Origin: an uncultured Methanosarcinales archaeon
GTDB lineage: Archaea; Nanobdellota; Nanobdellia; Woesearchaeales; ARS49
Assembly: GCA_964637115.1 (NCBI GenBank)
Contig: CAZWVL010000004.1
Location: forward strand, 9,879 to 73,878
Reading direction: 5' to 3'
Length of the DNA stretch: 64,000 nt
Positions 45,381 to 53,657 of the stretch are shown here, one piece after another. Within the stretch, counting starts at the first letter, position 1; each line of letters begins with the position of its first letter. The notes below the pieces were generated by a model that saw nothing but the letters and a program-made list of their open reading frames with translations, did not search any database and was not told where the DNA came from. Made by a program: the position numbers and the translations under genes.

Positions 45381-46442
45381 TTATGGTCCATAGCCGAAAC
45401 GCCGTCTGAGATTAGTAAGGCGTTTTATTAGCTCGGGATCCATTGTTCTTTTTTTTGCTTTTTCCAAACCTGCTAGAAGGGGCAAAAAGAGATCTAGTCT
45501 GGTCTTATTGATGACTTCTTGCGCTTCGCCGGACAGTTCTATTTTGTTGAAAATGAATTGCAATGGGAAAACGCTATAGCCTGGCGGCAGCGTTATTACT
45601 TGTTGTTGTTCTGGATGTTCTTTTGCAAAGACGTAGTCAAGGGTTATAGCATCATGTTCTTTTTGTTCATATGGTGCGCTGAGGAAGCTTGCATGTCTTT
45701 CTATTTCCCCTGGCCAGAATATCATTCCTGTCAGAGTGTCGATTGAAAATACGCGATGCGATTGCAACATGCCTGGAACATCGTAATACCTGCCAAGAGT
45801 CATTCCTGTGCCGATATTTTCGCCTGGCAATTCTTCGAATTTTCCTTTGAGGAATTCAACATTTTTTTGAACGCGATGTTCTACGGACAAATCATAACCC
45901 CGCAGACTGCGTTCTTCAGGATTCATGGGTTTTTCAATTCTTTGCAGTGCTACTTGTGATGCAGTTATTGCATCACCTATTTCTTGTATTTTGCTGTAAA
46001 GTACGACTATATCGTTCATAAGTCCGCTGTAATGAGATTTTGATTCGACTATTGTTGCTTCACCCGCTTTTTTTCGGTATAGTGCTTCCAGTTCGCTGCG
46101 TGATAGCATGAAATCTTGTGCTAATGCTTCTTTTCCGCCTACGAGAAAATATAGGTCGAATTGCCCCTTGTAGTTTTTGATTGCTTCTTTTATTATGTTC
46201 ATTTCACTTTGTGAAATGGCCACTTCCTGCATTCTGGCTATATCTGTGAGTGCATGCACCAGGCGCACGATTGATGAAAGAAGTTTTGTTAATTCATTCG
46301 CGCGTGTTTCTCGTGCTAATCCTTGAACTGTTTTGAGAAATCCTGATAGACTGGCGTACTTGCCGTCAATACTTACAACAACATTTTGGTTTCCGCACGG
46401 CCCAATGCATCGTTGTGATACCTCTTTAAGCGATATCGCCAT
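45381..46442 (-). CDS. hypothetical protein (353 aa)
   Basis: ORF upstream of rps2 on the same strand. No motif recognised. Confidence 0.4.
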   Translation of the reverse strand: MAISLKEVSQRCIGPCGNQNVVVSIDGKYASLSGFLKTVQGLARETRANELTKLLSSIVRLVHALTDIARMQEVAISQSEMNIIKEAIKNYKGQFDLYFLVGGKEALAQDFMLSRSELEALYRKKAGEATIVESKSHYSGLMNDIVVLYSKIQEIGDAITASQVALQRIEKPMNPEERSLRGYDLSVEHRVQKNVEFLKGKFEELPGENIGTGMTLGRYYDVPGMLQSHRVFSIDTLTGMIFWPGEIERHASFLSAPYEQKEHDAITLDYVFAKEHPEQQQVITLPPGYSVFPLQFIFNKIELSGEAQEVINKTRLDLFLPLLAGLEKAKKRTMDPELIKRLTNLRRRFGYGP

Positions 46443-46474
46443 CGTATCTGAAATAGAAAGTTTGCTTTTAAATG

Positions 46475-46987
46475 TTACTTGTAGGCCGCAACATCCTTGT
46501 AAATCGGCCCTTCAGAAGTGAGCTGGCTTTCTATTAACTTAAATTCTTTTATGTCAAAAGTAAGTTGTTCAACTTTCAGATTTTTGACATTTTCTGCAAA
46601 TTTTTTGTCTTGAACTTCTTTGACACGGGCAAGAGTTATGTGTGCTTTGAAATCTTTTTCTTTTGGAAAATTTAGCGCTTCATCAATATTTTTCTGAAGT
46701 TCGCAAATGATGTCTCTTGGTTCTATGCCTATCCATACAACTCGCGGCGTGCCGTTTTCTGGAAATACTCCTATACCGTCTAATTTTGCAGTAAATGACT
46801 TGAATGATATTTTCGTAAGTCGTTTTTTTACCTCATCTGCCTGAACGGGCGTGATTTCGCCCAGGAACTTGAGTGTCAAATGAAAACTTTTGGTGAATGT
46901 TAGTTTGGCGCCGATTAATTTTTTCTGTAGAGTGAGAAAATAGTCGTGTACTGCCTGCGATACATCAAACGCGATAAATAATCTCAT
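46475..46987 (-). CDS. thpR: RNA 2',3'-cyclic phosphodiesterase (2H phosphoesterase, ThpR/LigT)
   Basis: Two H-x-T-x motifs: FHLTLKFLG and AHITLARV. Start MRLFIAFD. The 84-aa Q/K-rich N-terminal extension in the tool ORF is a frame artefact over the TRAM-tail repeats. Confidence 0.7.
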   Translation of the reverse strand: MRLFIAFDVSQAVHDYFLTLQKKLIGAKLTFTKSFHLTLKFLGEITPVQADEVKKRLTKISFKSFTAKLDGIGVFPENGTPRVVWIGIEPRDIICELQKNIDEALNFPKEKDFKAHITLARVKEVQDKKFAENVKNLKVEQLTFDIKEFKLIESQLTSEGPIYKDVAAYK

Positions 46988-47018
46988 TGTAAAGAAAAAA
47001 GATAATAAAAATAAAAAC
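46988..47018 (-). terminator. oligo-T tract after the TRAM gene (archaeal-style terminator) doubling as an AT-rich promoter for thpR
   Basis: Minus strand reads GTTTTTATTTTTATTATCTTTTTTCTTT immediately after the TRAM stop. thpR's ATG follows ~30 nt later, which suggests a leaderless transcript. Confidence 0.35.
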
Positions 47019-47465
47019 TTATTGTTCGTCAGATGGTTCTTCAGCTGGTTCCTCGGCTGGTGCTTCCTCTGCAGGAGCTTCTTCGCCAAAGCTTTCAGAG
47101 TCCTCTGAAGATTCTGCAGGTGCTTCTTCTGCTGGAGCTTCTGCAGGCGCTTCTGCTGGTGCTTCTTCGCCAAAGCTTTCAGATTCTCCTGCTGGAGCTT
47201 CTGCTGCTGGTGCCGTGCCTTGTCCGACGACTTCTGCAAAACCGACTTTGCGCAACACTTTTGTTACGCGAATTTTGATTTGCTGTCCTTCTTTGACGCC
47301 CGGAACGAACAACACGAAGCCATTTTTCTTGGCTATGCCGTCGCCTTTTTCGCCAACTGCTTCTATGGTGACGTCTAATTCGTCACCAACTTTGACTGGT
47401 GGGGTTTGCATCCCCATGCCTCCGCCTTGTGGTCGGAAGCCTCCTGATCTTCTATCTCCGTACAT
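47019..47465 (-). CDS. TRAM-domain protein with an unusual acidic (APAEE)n C-terminal tail
   Basis: VKVGDELDVTIEAVGEKGDGIAKKNGFVLFVPGVKEGQQIKIRVTKVLRKVGFAEVV is the stand-alone archaeal TRAM fold. It has a Gly/Arg-rich N-terminus and a ~55-aa tail of EAPAE repeats. Confidence 0.7.
   Translation of the reverse strand: MYGDRRSGGFRPQGGGMGMQTPPVKVGDELDVTIEAVGEKGDGIAKKNGFVLFVPGVKEGQQIKIRVTKVLRKVGFAEVVGQGTAPAAEAPAGESESFGEEAPAEAPAEAPAEEAPAESSEDSESFGEEAPAEEAPAEEPAEEPSDEQ
47040..47220 (-). repeat. approximately 87-nt tandem duplication inside the TRAM tail coding region
   Basis: ...gcttcttcgccaaagctttcaga... occurs twice (near 47074 and 47161), flanked by gctggagcttctgc repeats. It encodes SESFGEEAPAE(E)APAE twice. 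Confidence 0.6.
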
Positions 47466-47547
47466 ATTTTATTTCACCTACCTGTATATTGTATGCCCCG
47501 CATACAAAGTGTTTTGCTCGAGGAAAGTATTTAAATGTTGTGCATGA

Positions 47548-48015
47548 TTGCTCGTGAATATGTTGGTTCCGATTACTGAACGACGAAGGCAGATTCAAGA
47601 CCTGTACGATAATAAAGCATGGGATGACTTGAGCAAATTAGGCATTATGATGAAGGAAGGGCCAAGCTCGATTGATTGTGGTGGGTATGTTCTAAAACAA
47701 TTGGGATATACGTCTTCGCGGGAAACGCTTTCTATTTTATGGTCAGAGCCGCGTTCACCGGCGCCGTTAAGGACTAAGTGCATCATTGTATACCGCTTTG
47801 AAAGCAAGCCTGTAATCCAGCAGCACGGCATTTATCAGTCCGACGGCAAAGTACTTTCAAAGTGGGGCCAAAACGAGCCCGTTTTCCTGCATGAAATTCA
47901 GGACGTGCCAACTAAGTATGGCGACCTTGCTGAGTTTATTGAAATTTCTGAAGGACTTCTTTTAAAACTGCACCATTCAATTCAGGAGCACAGGATGGGC
48001 CCTGAAGATTATTAA
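47548..48015 (+). CDS. hypothetical protein (155 aa)
   Basis: ORF only. Confidence 0.3.
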   Translation: MLVNMLVPITERRRQIQDLYDNKAWDDLSKLGIMMKEGPSSIDCGGYVLKQLGYTSSRETLSILWSEPRSPAPLRTKCIIVYRFESKPVIQQHGIYQSDGKVLSKWGQNEPVFLHEIQDVPTKYGDLAEFIEISEGLLLKLHHSIQEHRMGPEDY

Positions 48016-48143
48016 AAATTCAGCTGCAGAGCTGAGCGTGCATGAATGAGATGCATTCTTTGCAGAGCGCTTCTGCTTGCACGAGTTGTGCCAGTCTGCC
48101 GCTGGGTGTTTCTCCACCTCTGTGGCCGCATATCACACAGGGC

Positions 48144-49202
48144 TTATGCATCCTTGACTCCTGCTTCCGTAACTTGGAATATTGCTTCGCCTTCTGGCAT
48201 GCATGGTGAGTCGACCATCTTGGCAACTCTAGTACCTTTCTTGCCTCTGCGCAAGTACAATCTGTACGTGCTGTTGTGCGCTACAATATGGCCGCCGATT
48301 GCTTCTGTTGGGTCGCCAAAGAACTGGTCTGGCTTTGCCATTACTTGGTTCGTGACGTAGACCGCAATGTTGTGTTTGTCTGCAACCTTCATCAGCACGT
48401 GCATGTGTTTGTTGATTCTTTGCTGTCTGTCTGCGAGTGTTCCTCTGCCGATGAATTCTGCTCTGAAGTGTGCTGTCAAGCTGTCAACAACAAGGAGCTT
48501 GACATTCACGCCTTGTTTAATTAGGTCGTCAATTTTTTCTGCTAAAAGCATCTGATGGTCTGAGTTGAATGCTCGTGCTACTTTTACGCCTTTGAGCGCT
48601 TCCTGTGGGTCAAGGCCGCAGTCTTCTGCTATGCTTTTGATGCGTTCTGGTCTGAACGTGCCTTCAGTGTCTATGTAAACGCAAACTCCGCTTGCTCCTC
48701 CTTTTTCTGGTGGTAATTGTACTCTGACAGCTAATGTGTGTGCAATTTGTGATTTTCCAGAGCCGTATTGACCGTATGCTTCTGTTATTGCTCCTGTTTC
48801 AAATCCGCCGCCCATTAGTTTGTCTAGTTCAGCGCTTCCTGTCTTTATTTTCACCATTTTCTCGCGTTTTTTCATTATTTCTTCGCCGGATGTGAATTCC
48901 ATTTCGAGGTTTGCGCGTGCTATTGCAATGATTTTCTTGGCTGTTGCTTCTGACATTTCTGTTGCGCCGACTATTTCTCCTGGTGTTGCTACAGCAATGC
49001 TCATCAAGTCGTGGAATCCTGCTGCTGCCAGTTTTTCAATTGATGCCGGCCCTACGCCTGGCAGGTCTTCAACGCTTGCTATTTTCTTTTTTGGTATTTC
49101 TTCCATTTTTTTCGCTACCTCGAAAACTCCTTCTGATGTTTCGACGCGTGCAATTGTTTCTTCATCATAATCTATTGTTCTTTTGTTTGCCATGTTTATC
49201 AC
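48144..49202 (-). CDS. radA: DNA repair and recombination protein RadA
   Basis: N-terminal HhH domain ([17 protein letters not shown]), Walker [10 protein letters not shown], Walker B LLVVDSLT; 352 aa. Confidence 0.9.
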   Translation of the reverse strand: MINMANKRTIDYDEETIARVETSEGVFEVAKKMEEIPKKKIASVEDLPGVGPASIEKLAAAGFHDLMSIAVATPGEIVGATEMSEATAKKIIAIARANLEMEFTSGEEIMKKREKMVKIKTGSAELDKLMGGGFETGAITEAYGQYGSGKSQIAHTLAVRVQLPPEKGGASGVCVYIDTEGTFRPERIKSIAEDCGLDPQEALKGVKVARAFNSDHQMLLAEKIDDLIKQGVNVKLLVVDSLTAHFRAEFIGRGTLADRQQRINKHMHVLMKVADKHNIAVYVTNQVMAKPDQFFGDPTEAIGGHIVAHNSTYRLYLRRGKKGTRVAKMVDSPCMPEGEAIFQVTEAGVKDA

Positions 49203-49254
49203 CTTTTTAGTTTTATTGATTGATTTGTTGGAAATTTTACGGAGCTTAATAAAT

Positions 49255-49300
49255 AAAATAAAAAATTACCCGCAGCAGGGTTGCTGCTGGGGCGGGGTAG
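49255..49300 (-). terminator. hairpin plus T-rich tract downstream of the PC4-like gene
   Basis: Minus strand: CAGCAGCAACCCTGCTG, then GGGTAATTTTTTATTTTATTTATT. Confidence 0.35.
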
Positions 49301-49321
49301 TTGTGGCTTCTTTCTTTTTCT

Positions 49322-49597
49322 TCAAATGGTCACCTCTGTTTTTGGTTGTTCATCTGCATGGCCGTTAAGCACTAGATATCTGAATGCTTCTTCTATTACA
49401 AGTGCTACTTTCGGCAGGTCATTTACTCGTAACGAGTCTGTGCTTTTCCATTCGCCTGTCTTGTCTTTGTACCTTCTTTGCAGGCTTACCGAGTGGCTCT
49501 CGAATGTTTTGCCATCCTTGCCTACTCCGGTGTTTTTCCATATTGTTGCACTGATTGCTCCAGTGCTGAACTTTTTTTCTGGTTTATTTCCTTCCAT
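49322..49597 (-). CDS. PC4/Sub1-like ssDNA-binding protein (transcriptional coactivator p15 fold) candidate
   Basis: 91 aa. FSTGAISATIWKNTGVGKDGKTFESHSVSLQRRYKDKTGEWKSTDSLRVNDLPKVALVIEEAF resembles the PC4 C-terminal domain pattern (KRYVSV..FKGK.YVDIREY...G...PGKKGISL). Confidence 0.4.
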   Translation of the reverse strand: MEGNKPEKKFSTGAISATIWKNTGVGKDGKTFESHSVSLQRRYKDKTGEWKSTDSLRVNDLPKVALVIEEAFRYLVLNGHADEQPKTEVTI

Positions 49598-49709
49598 TTT
49601 TTTACCTCTTGCTATTCGCGTTTTGTTTCAGCCCACGACTTTGCCGTGAGTGAGGTGCTCGCATGTTTACTCTTAGAACAGGCAGGGTTTAAATAGCTCA
49701 GGAAGGTGG

Positions 49710-50066
49710 TTGTCCAGTGTCCAGTGGGGGTTTATCGACGATAATAATATAAAGCCGGAATTATTCCGACATTGTATGCCTTGGTATGAAGCTGTTTACC
49801 GTGTATCAGAAAGTAGTTTTGGTGGCGTTAGATATGATCATTGGACTGGGCGGCTTAAATTTGAAGCACGAAATCATGATCATGCAACTCTGCTTGCCAG
49901 AGAAGACAGAGAACGTATGTGCGATATGTTCACGCGTTATTCTTTGATTGATGTAATCGAAAGCAAACCGCCCAAGCCAGTAAAGTTGAAAATTGTTAAA
50001 GTTGATGGTGGCAAGCTTTATTTTAATAAGGATACAAAGGAGTTGGTTGGTGCGGCCTTTCGCTAA
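49710..50066 (+). CDS. hypothetical protein (TTG start in the tool ORF)
   Basis: ORF only. The first in-frame ATG is at about 49776. Confidence 0.25.
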   Translation: MSSVQWGFIDDNNIKPELFRHCMPWYEAVYRVSESSFGGVRYDHWTGRLKFEARNHDHATLLAREDRERMCDMFTRYSLIDVIESKPPKPVKLKIVKVDGGKLYFNKDTKELVGAAFR

Positions 50067-50389
50067 TATCTGAATGTCAGCTGACCCGTATAACCGTTTC
50101 TTCCGCTGCTGTCTTTCATGACTACAGGTATTGCATATTCCGAACCGATCATTTTGAGAAACTCAGTCGCCATACAACCATTAAACATACTTGGCATTTC
50201 AAATTCTTCGCCTGCTTGGGCGATAACTTCAAGTGATGATGGTGGAAGACCTGCAAAGTTGCGTGCTCTGCAGTTTTCAAGCAGCCGCACTCTAAGTGTG
50301 CCGTTGTTTTCTGAAACAACTTCTACTGGAACGCTAATTCCAAGCACGCTCTGTGGTTTCGCTACACTAAGATATAACCTCTTTTCCAT
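50063..50389 (-). CDS. hypothetical protein (108 aa)
   Basis: ORF only. Confidence 0.3.
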   Translation of the reverse strand: MEKRLYLSVAKPQSVLGISVPVEVVSENNGTLRVRLLENCRARNFAGLPPSSLEVIAQAGEEFEMPSMFNGCMATEFLKMIGSEYAIPVVMKDSSGRNGYTGQLTFRY

Positions 50390-50428
50390 CGTTTGTACAA
50401 AACTAAATTCCTAGCTTATTAAATTTTA

Positions 50429-50890
50429 TTAAAAAATATGCCTCACGAAGATAAGCACGTCCAACACAAGCACCCCTCCAAGCGTCAGCAGTTCCATTAA
50501 CCCATCTGTCATTATCGGCCCTTGTATTCTGAAAGTGCTGACTGGGTGCAATAAATTGCAGCCGAGTCTTGTGAAGCAATCAGATGCAAGATGTGATGTA
50601 TATCCAATTGCCAGTGGAATGCCAATAATATCTAATTTTGCAAAGTGGAATCCAAAATATATGATGACTGCCGGAAATATGCTGTGGAAGAATCCTCTGT
50701 GTTCAAAGACTGCTGGAATCCAGCGTGTTATTGGCAGCATTCTGTTAATTTTGCTGTTCTTATGATCAACATCCGGCAGCAATGCTCCCAAGATGACAAG
50801 TGGGATGAAAATATACCATGATTGATGCAATAATGGAAAGAGTATGAGTCCCGCAAGCAGTCCTATTGCCATGTGCGTTCTGCCCATCAT
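50429..50890 (-). CDS. membrane-bound metal-dependent hydrolase (YdjM/DUF457-like)
   Basis: 4 TM helices. Conserved LPDVDH and GHR..FHS-like motifs are seen as ALLPDVDHKNS and HRGFFHS. Confidence 0.5.
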   Translation of the reverse strand: MMGRTHMAIGLLAGLILFPLLHQSWYIFIPLVILGALLPDVDHKNSKINRMLPITRWIPAVFEHRGFFHSIFPAVIIYFGFHFAKLDIIGIPLAIGYTSHLASDCFTRLGCNLLHPVSTFRIQGPIMTDGLMELLTLGGVLVLDVLIFVRHIF

Positions 50891-50932
50891 CTTCAGTCAC
50901 CTTTTACAGCAAGAGAAATAGCGTACTATAAA

Positions 50933-51910
50933 TTACTGCTGGCTTACTCTTGCCAGTTCTTCTTCTGGGTTTGCTTTGTAGACTTGGTTTACGATGAATT
51001 CTATTCTGTCAAAGAACGTGTTTTTCTTCGCACGGCCGATAAATCTGAATTGTTCTCCCAATAATTCTGTTTTAAGAGGTTCAAATGTTTCTGGATTGAC
51101 TCTGTAAGCTACCATTTGCTCTTTGTTTTTGCTGAGTAATCTTTCTGCTTGGTTTCTGAACAATACTATTCTCATATTCTCCGTGCCATCATCTAGAAAC
51201 ACATTAACTAAGTAACTATAGTCAGGCATTAATGCCGAGTGTTCTTCACACACCCATTGTCCTTCTACTTCTTTCAGTCTTGATGAACATTGTGGGCAGA
51301 CTTCGAAGAACTTAGGATCAAATACTTGTACGATTGTGCCTACAACTTCTACTTGTTCGTCGCTTTCTGTTAGTTCTTTCAGGGTTTTGCGTGTTGCTTT
51401 GTTTGGCTTTACTTCTGGCACGGTTTCTTTTGGATTTAAGTTTACTCTGCTTCCTTCATTGAGATGTACTTCTTTGTAGCCTCTTTGATTCTCGCGTACC
51501 ATTCCTCCTGATACTTTGACTGGCGCGCCTGTGCTTATCTGAGCAAGTAAATCTGCTTGATTTCCCCAACAGACTATTCGCACAACGCCTGTATCGTCTC
51601 CCACTAAGAAGCTGCCAACTTTTCCTGCGCTGCCGTCTGCGCGTTTGAATTCTTTGACTTCGTAAATTTGTGTTACTCTGCCAAGGATTTCTGCATTTCT
51701 CATGCCTGGCAGTAAATCTTTTATTTTGCCGCCGCCTTCAAAGAGCTTTACTCCTAATTCATTTGCAATTATGTGTGCCGCGCCTTCTTTAGAAATGAGT
51801 CCTGCAAGTGCTACGCATTTGGCGTCTATTCTTGTCATCAAATCTGCTTCTGCAAGACCTGTTTTTTCTTTTATGCGCGCCAATATGTCTGGCAATGGCA
51901 TTCTAATCAT
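50933..51910 (-). CDS. rpa: replication protein A (ssDNA-binding, OB folds plus zinc ribbon)
   Basis: The N-terminal wH/OB region, the central OB (VGSFLVGDDTGVVRIVCW) and the C4 zinc motif CPQCSSRL...C.EH are typical of archaeal RPA. Confidence 0.8.
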   Translation of the reverse strand: MIRMPLPDILARIKEKTGLAEADLMTRIDAKCVALAGLISKEGAAHIIANELGVKLFEGGGKIKDLLPGMRNAEILGRVTQIYEVKEFKRADGSAGKVGSFLVGDDTGVVRIVCWGNQADLLAQISTGAPVKVSGGMVRENQRGYKEVHLNEGSRVNLNPKETVPEVKPNKATRKTLKELTESDEQVEVVGTIVQVFDPKFFEVCPQCSSRLKEVEGQWVCEEHSALMPDYSYLVNVFLDDGTENMRIVLFRNQAERLLSKNKEQMVAYRVNPETFEPLKTELLGEQFRFIGRAKKNTFFDRIEFIVNQVYKANPEEELARVSQQ

Positions 51911-51985
51911 GTTTTACCCCATTGTTGGCAGAAATTGGTGTTTTATAAATATTTGTGTGGTGCGGTGTAAGTCAAATTAGTATAT

Positions 51986-52081
51986 CTAAGCCGCCGCGCC
52001 TCAATTACACTGAGGTGAATTTTTTTCTCCCCTTGCAAATGCAGGGGAGAAAAAATTCAGTCAAAAACCGCGGCGGCTTAG
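51986..52081. other. 96-nt structured element bounded by perfect 13-bp terminal inverted repeats (candidate ncRNA or MITE-like element)
   Basis: CTAAGCCGCCGCG at 51986 and CGCGGCGGCTTAG at 52069 are exact reverse complements. Between them lie hairpin CCTCA-attacac-TGAGG, a T7 run, hairpin TCTCCCCT-tgcaaatgc-AGGGGAGA and an A6 run. The element is GC-rich in an AT-rich intergenic region between rpa and the pilin cluster. Confidence 0.5.
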
Positions 52082-52118
52082 TAAAGCAGAACCAGCGCGT
52101 CGCTGTTCAGAAAGACAG

Positions 52119-52658
52119 TTACGGCTTGCACGCGCTTAGGTCTGTTTTTGTGTCTATAGTAAAGCTCGGGGCAAACCATATGTGTCCGATATTTTCAAGA
52201 ACTAATCCTTTTAGTGTCAGGTCTTGTTTGACGGGCAGGATTGCAATTGCGTGGATGTTCTTGCCCTCCAAATAGAGTTCATAATTGTTTTTTGGGATTT
52301 TTGTGACGGGCGATTGTGCATTGTAAGCATCTATGTATTTGTCGAGTTCTTGGTTGAATCTTGGTGTTAGGCCTGTTGTGCACGCAGTAAGTACGTCAGG
52401 CATAGAAAGTTCTGCTGATTTTTCAAGATATGTTATGATGTTTTCTTTTACATATGGCGCTTTTAACAGCGCCATTTCAGTATCTCCCAGCGTTGTCTTG
52501 TTTTCCGCAACTTTTGTGGTGAGCTGCAAGAACAGGAACGAAAGTGCCATAACTACCACAACTATCATGCTGAGTGCATAATCTAGTCCGCGCTTCGAAA
52601 AACGAAGTTTTTTGAAGCTAGAAAATGCCGTGCATTTTCTTTGTTTGTTCATCCCCAT
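52119..52658 (-). CDS. class III signal peptide (archaeal type IV pilin-like) protein
   Basis: N-terminus ...KLRFSKRG|LDYALSMIVVVVMALSFLF (basic, then Gly, then a hydrophobic helix). Its 5' coding region carries the conserved palindromic motif. Confidence 0.55.
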   Translation of the reverse strand: MGMNKQRKCTAFSSFKKLRFSKRGLDYALSMIVVVVMALSFLFLQLTTKVAENKTTLGDTEMALLKAPYVKENIITYLEKSAELSMPDVLTACTTGLTPRFNQELDKYIDAYNAQSPVTKIPKNNYELYLEGKNIHAIAILPVKQDLTLKGLVLENIGHIWFAPSFTIDTKTDLSACKP

Positions 52659-52660
52659 TT
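52592..52660 (-). promoter_or_regulatory. conserved palindrome-rich 5' coding motif, copy 1 (pilin gene 52119..52658)
   Basis: It encodes CTAFSSFKKLRFSKRG. The DNA contains hairpin CTTCG-aaaaa-CGAAG plus a further inverted repeat. Confidence 0.4.
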
Positions 52661-53164
52661 CACCTTCATGGTCAGCTTGAATTTTATTGCCTTGCCTGGT
52701 TTTACCGGCAGGTATGCTTCTTGGCTTGTGTCTTGAAGAACGTTAAGTCCAATTGCTTTTATGAGCCGCCAGACAGGATCGACAGCTATTGCAAGACTCC
52801 AACTGGCAATTACGTGCAGTGGTTCATTGCTTGTAACTGAGAGCGTGCAGTCTTTTGTCGAAGTGCAGCTGGCACTGTAGCTTCCTTTTGGCAGCGCAAT
52901 ATAATTTTTTGCATAGTTTTCAATTATTGTTGCGGCAGTGCTTGCATCTTTGTCGGCTATTTCTATGCCGTGTTTATCGATGAGCTCAGCAAAGAAGTTT
53001 TGTAGTTCTACATTTGCTGCTATGCTTTCTGCCTGATTTTTCTCTGCTGCCGTAATATTGTTTCCAACCCAGATGTAGAAAATGATGATTAAGATTGCTA
53101 TGATGAATATTGAAAGTATTAGTTTTGCCCCTTCCAATGCTCCGCGTTTATTTTTTGAGTTCAT
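52649..53164 (-). CDS. class III signal peptide pilin-like protein
   Basis: MNSKNKRG|ALEGAKLILSIFIIAILIIIF. Confidence 0.6.
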   Translation of the reverse strand: MNSKNKRGALEGAKLILSIFIIAILIIIFYIWVGNNITAAEKNQAESIAANVELQNFFAELIDKHGIEIADKDASTAATIIENYAKNYIALPKGSYSASCTSTKDCTLSVTSNEPLHVIASWSLAIAVDPVWRLIKAIGLNVLQDTSQEAYLPVKPGKAIKFKLTMKVKWG

Positions 53165-53657
53165 ATTTTCTTGGATAATATTCTTCTATGGTTAAATTCT
53201 GGATTGTGCCTTCTGCCATTACTTTGCGTTGTTCTATGTAAGTTTCATACTTGAATTTGGCAAGGGGTTTTGCGCGTTTGTAGAATAGTTCATCGTAAAC
53301 CGCACTTTTTCCGTCGAGTGAAACATTGTAAGTGAGAAGTTTTGTCGTGTAGAGCTTATCCAACCCAGCCAAGTTTGCAGTATAAAGGAATGGGCTTGTT
53401 TGCCCCGTGTATTCACTTGTAATCCAAAGTCTGCTTTTTATCTGTTGTGCTAGGACTGCTTGGTCTATTGATATCGGTTGCACACTGGATTCAACAAGGT
53501 TTTTTGGAATTATGACCATTGATAACGCTACACACGCAGTGAGGAATGCGTACCACGCTGCAAAAAGGAGAAGATTTCTGGGTCCATTCGCTCTCCTTGA
53601 AAAGCGTAGCTTTTCGAGGCTCGAAAATGCCGTGCATCGTTGCTTATACCACGCCAT
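53148..53657 (-). CDS. class III signal peptide pilin-like protein
   Basis: ...EKLRFSRRANGPRNLLLFAAWYAFLTACVALSMVII. Carries the conserved 5' motif. Confidence 0.5.
   Translation of the reverse strand: MAWYKQRCTAFSSLEKLRFSRRANGPRNLLLFAAWYAFLTACVALSMVIIPKNLVESSVQPISIDQAVLAQQIKSRLWITSEYTGQTSPFLYTANLAGLDKLYTTKLLTYNVSLDGKSAVYDELFYKRAKPLAKFKYETYIEQRKVMAEGTIQNLTIEEYYPRKYELKK
53590..53650 (-). promoter_or_regulatory. conserved palindrome-rich 5' coding motif, copy 2 (pilin gene 53148..53657)
   Basis: It encodes CTAFSSLEKLRFSRRA. There are two overlapping, mutually exclusive hairpins: GAAAAGC-gta-GCTTTTC and TTTTCGA-ggc-TCGAAAA. Confidence 0.4.

Noticed and set aside
46988-47239. 84-aa Q/K-rich N-terminal extension of the ThpR ORF
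   Set aside because: It is produced by reading the TRAM-tail tandem repeats in another frame. The 2H phosphoesterase starts at MRLFIAF (46987).
48020-48226. 68-aa Cys-containing ORF (CVICGH...CKEC)
   Set aside because: It overlaps the 3' end of radA by 83 nt on the same strand in another frame. The region has no gap, so it is probably spurious.
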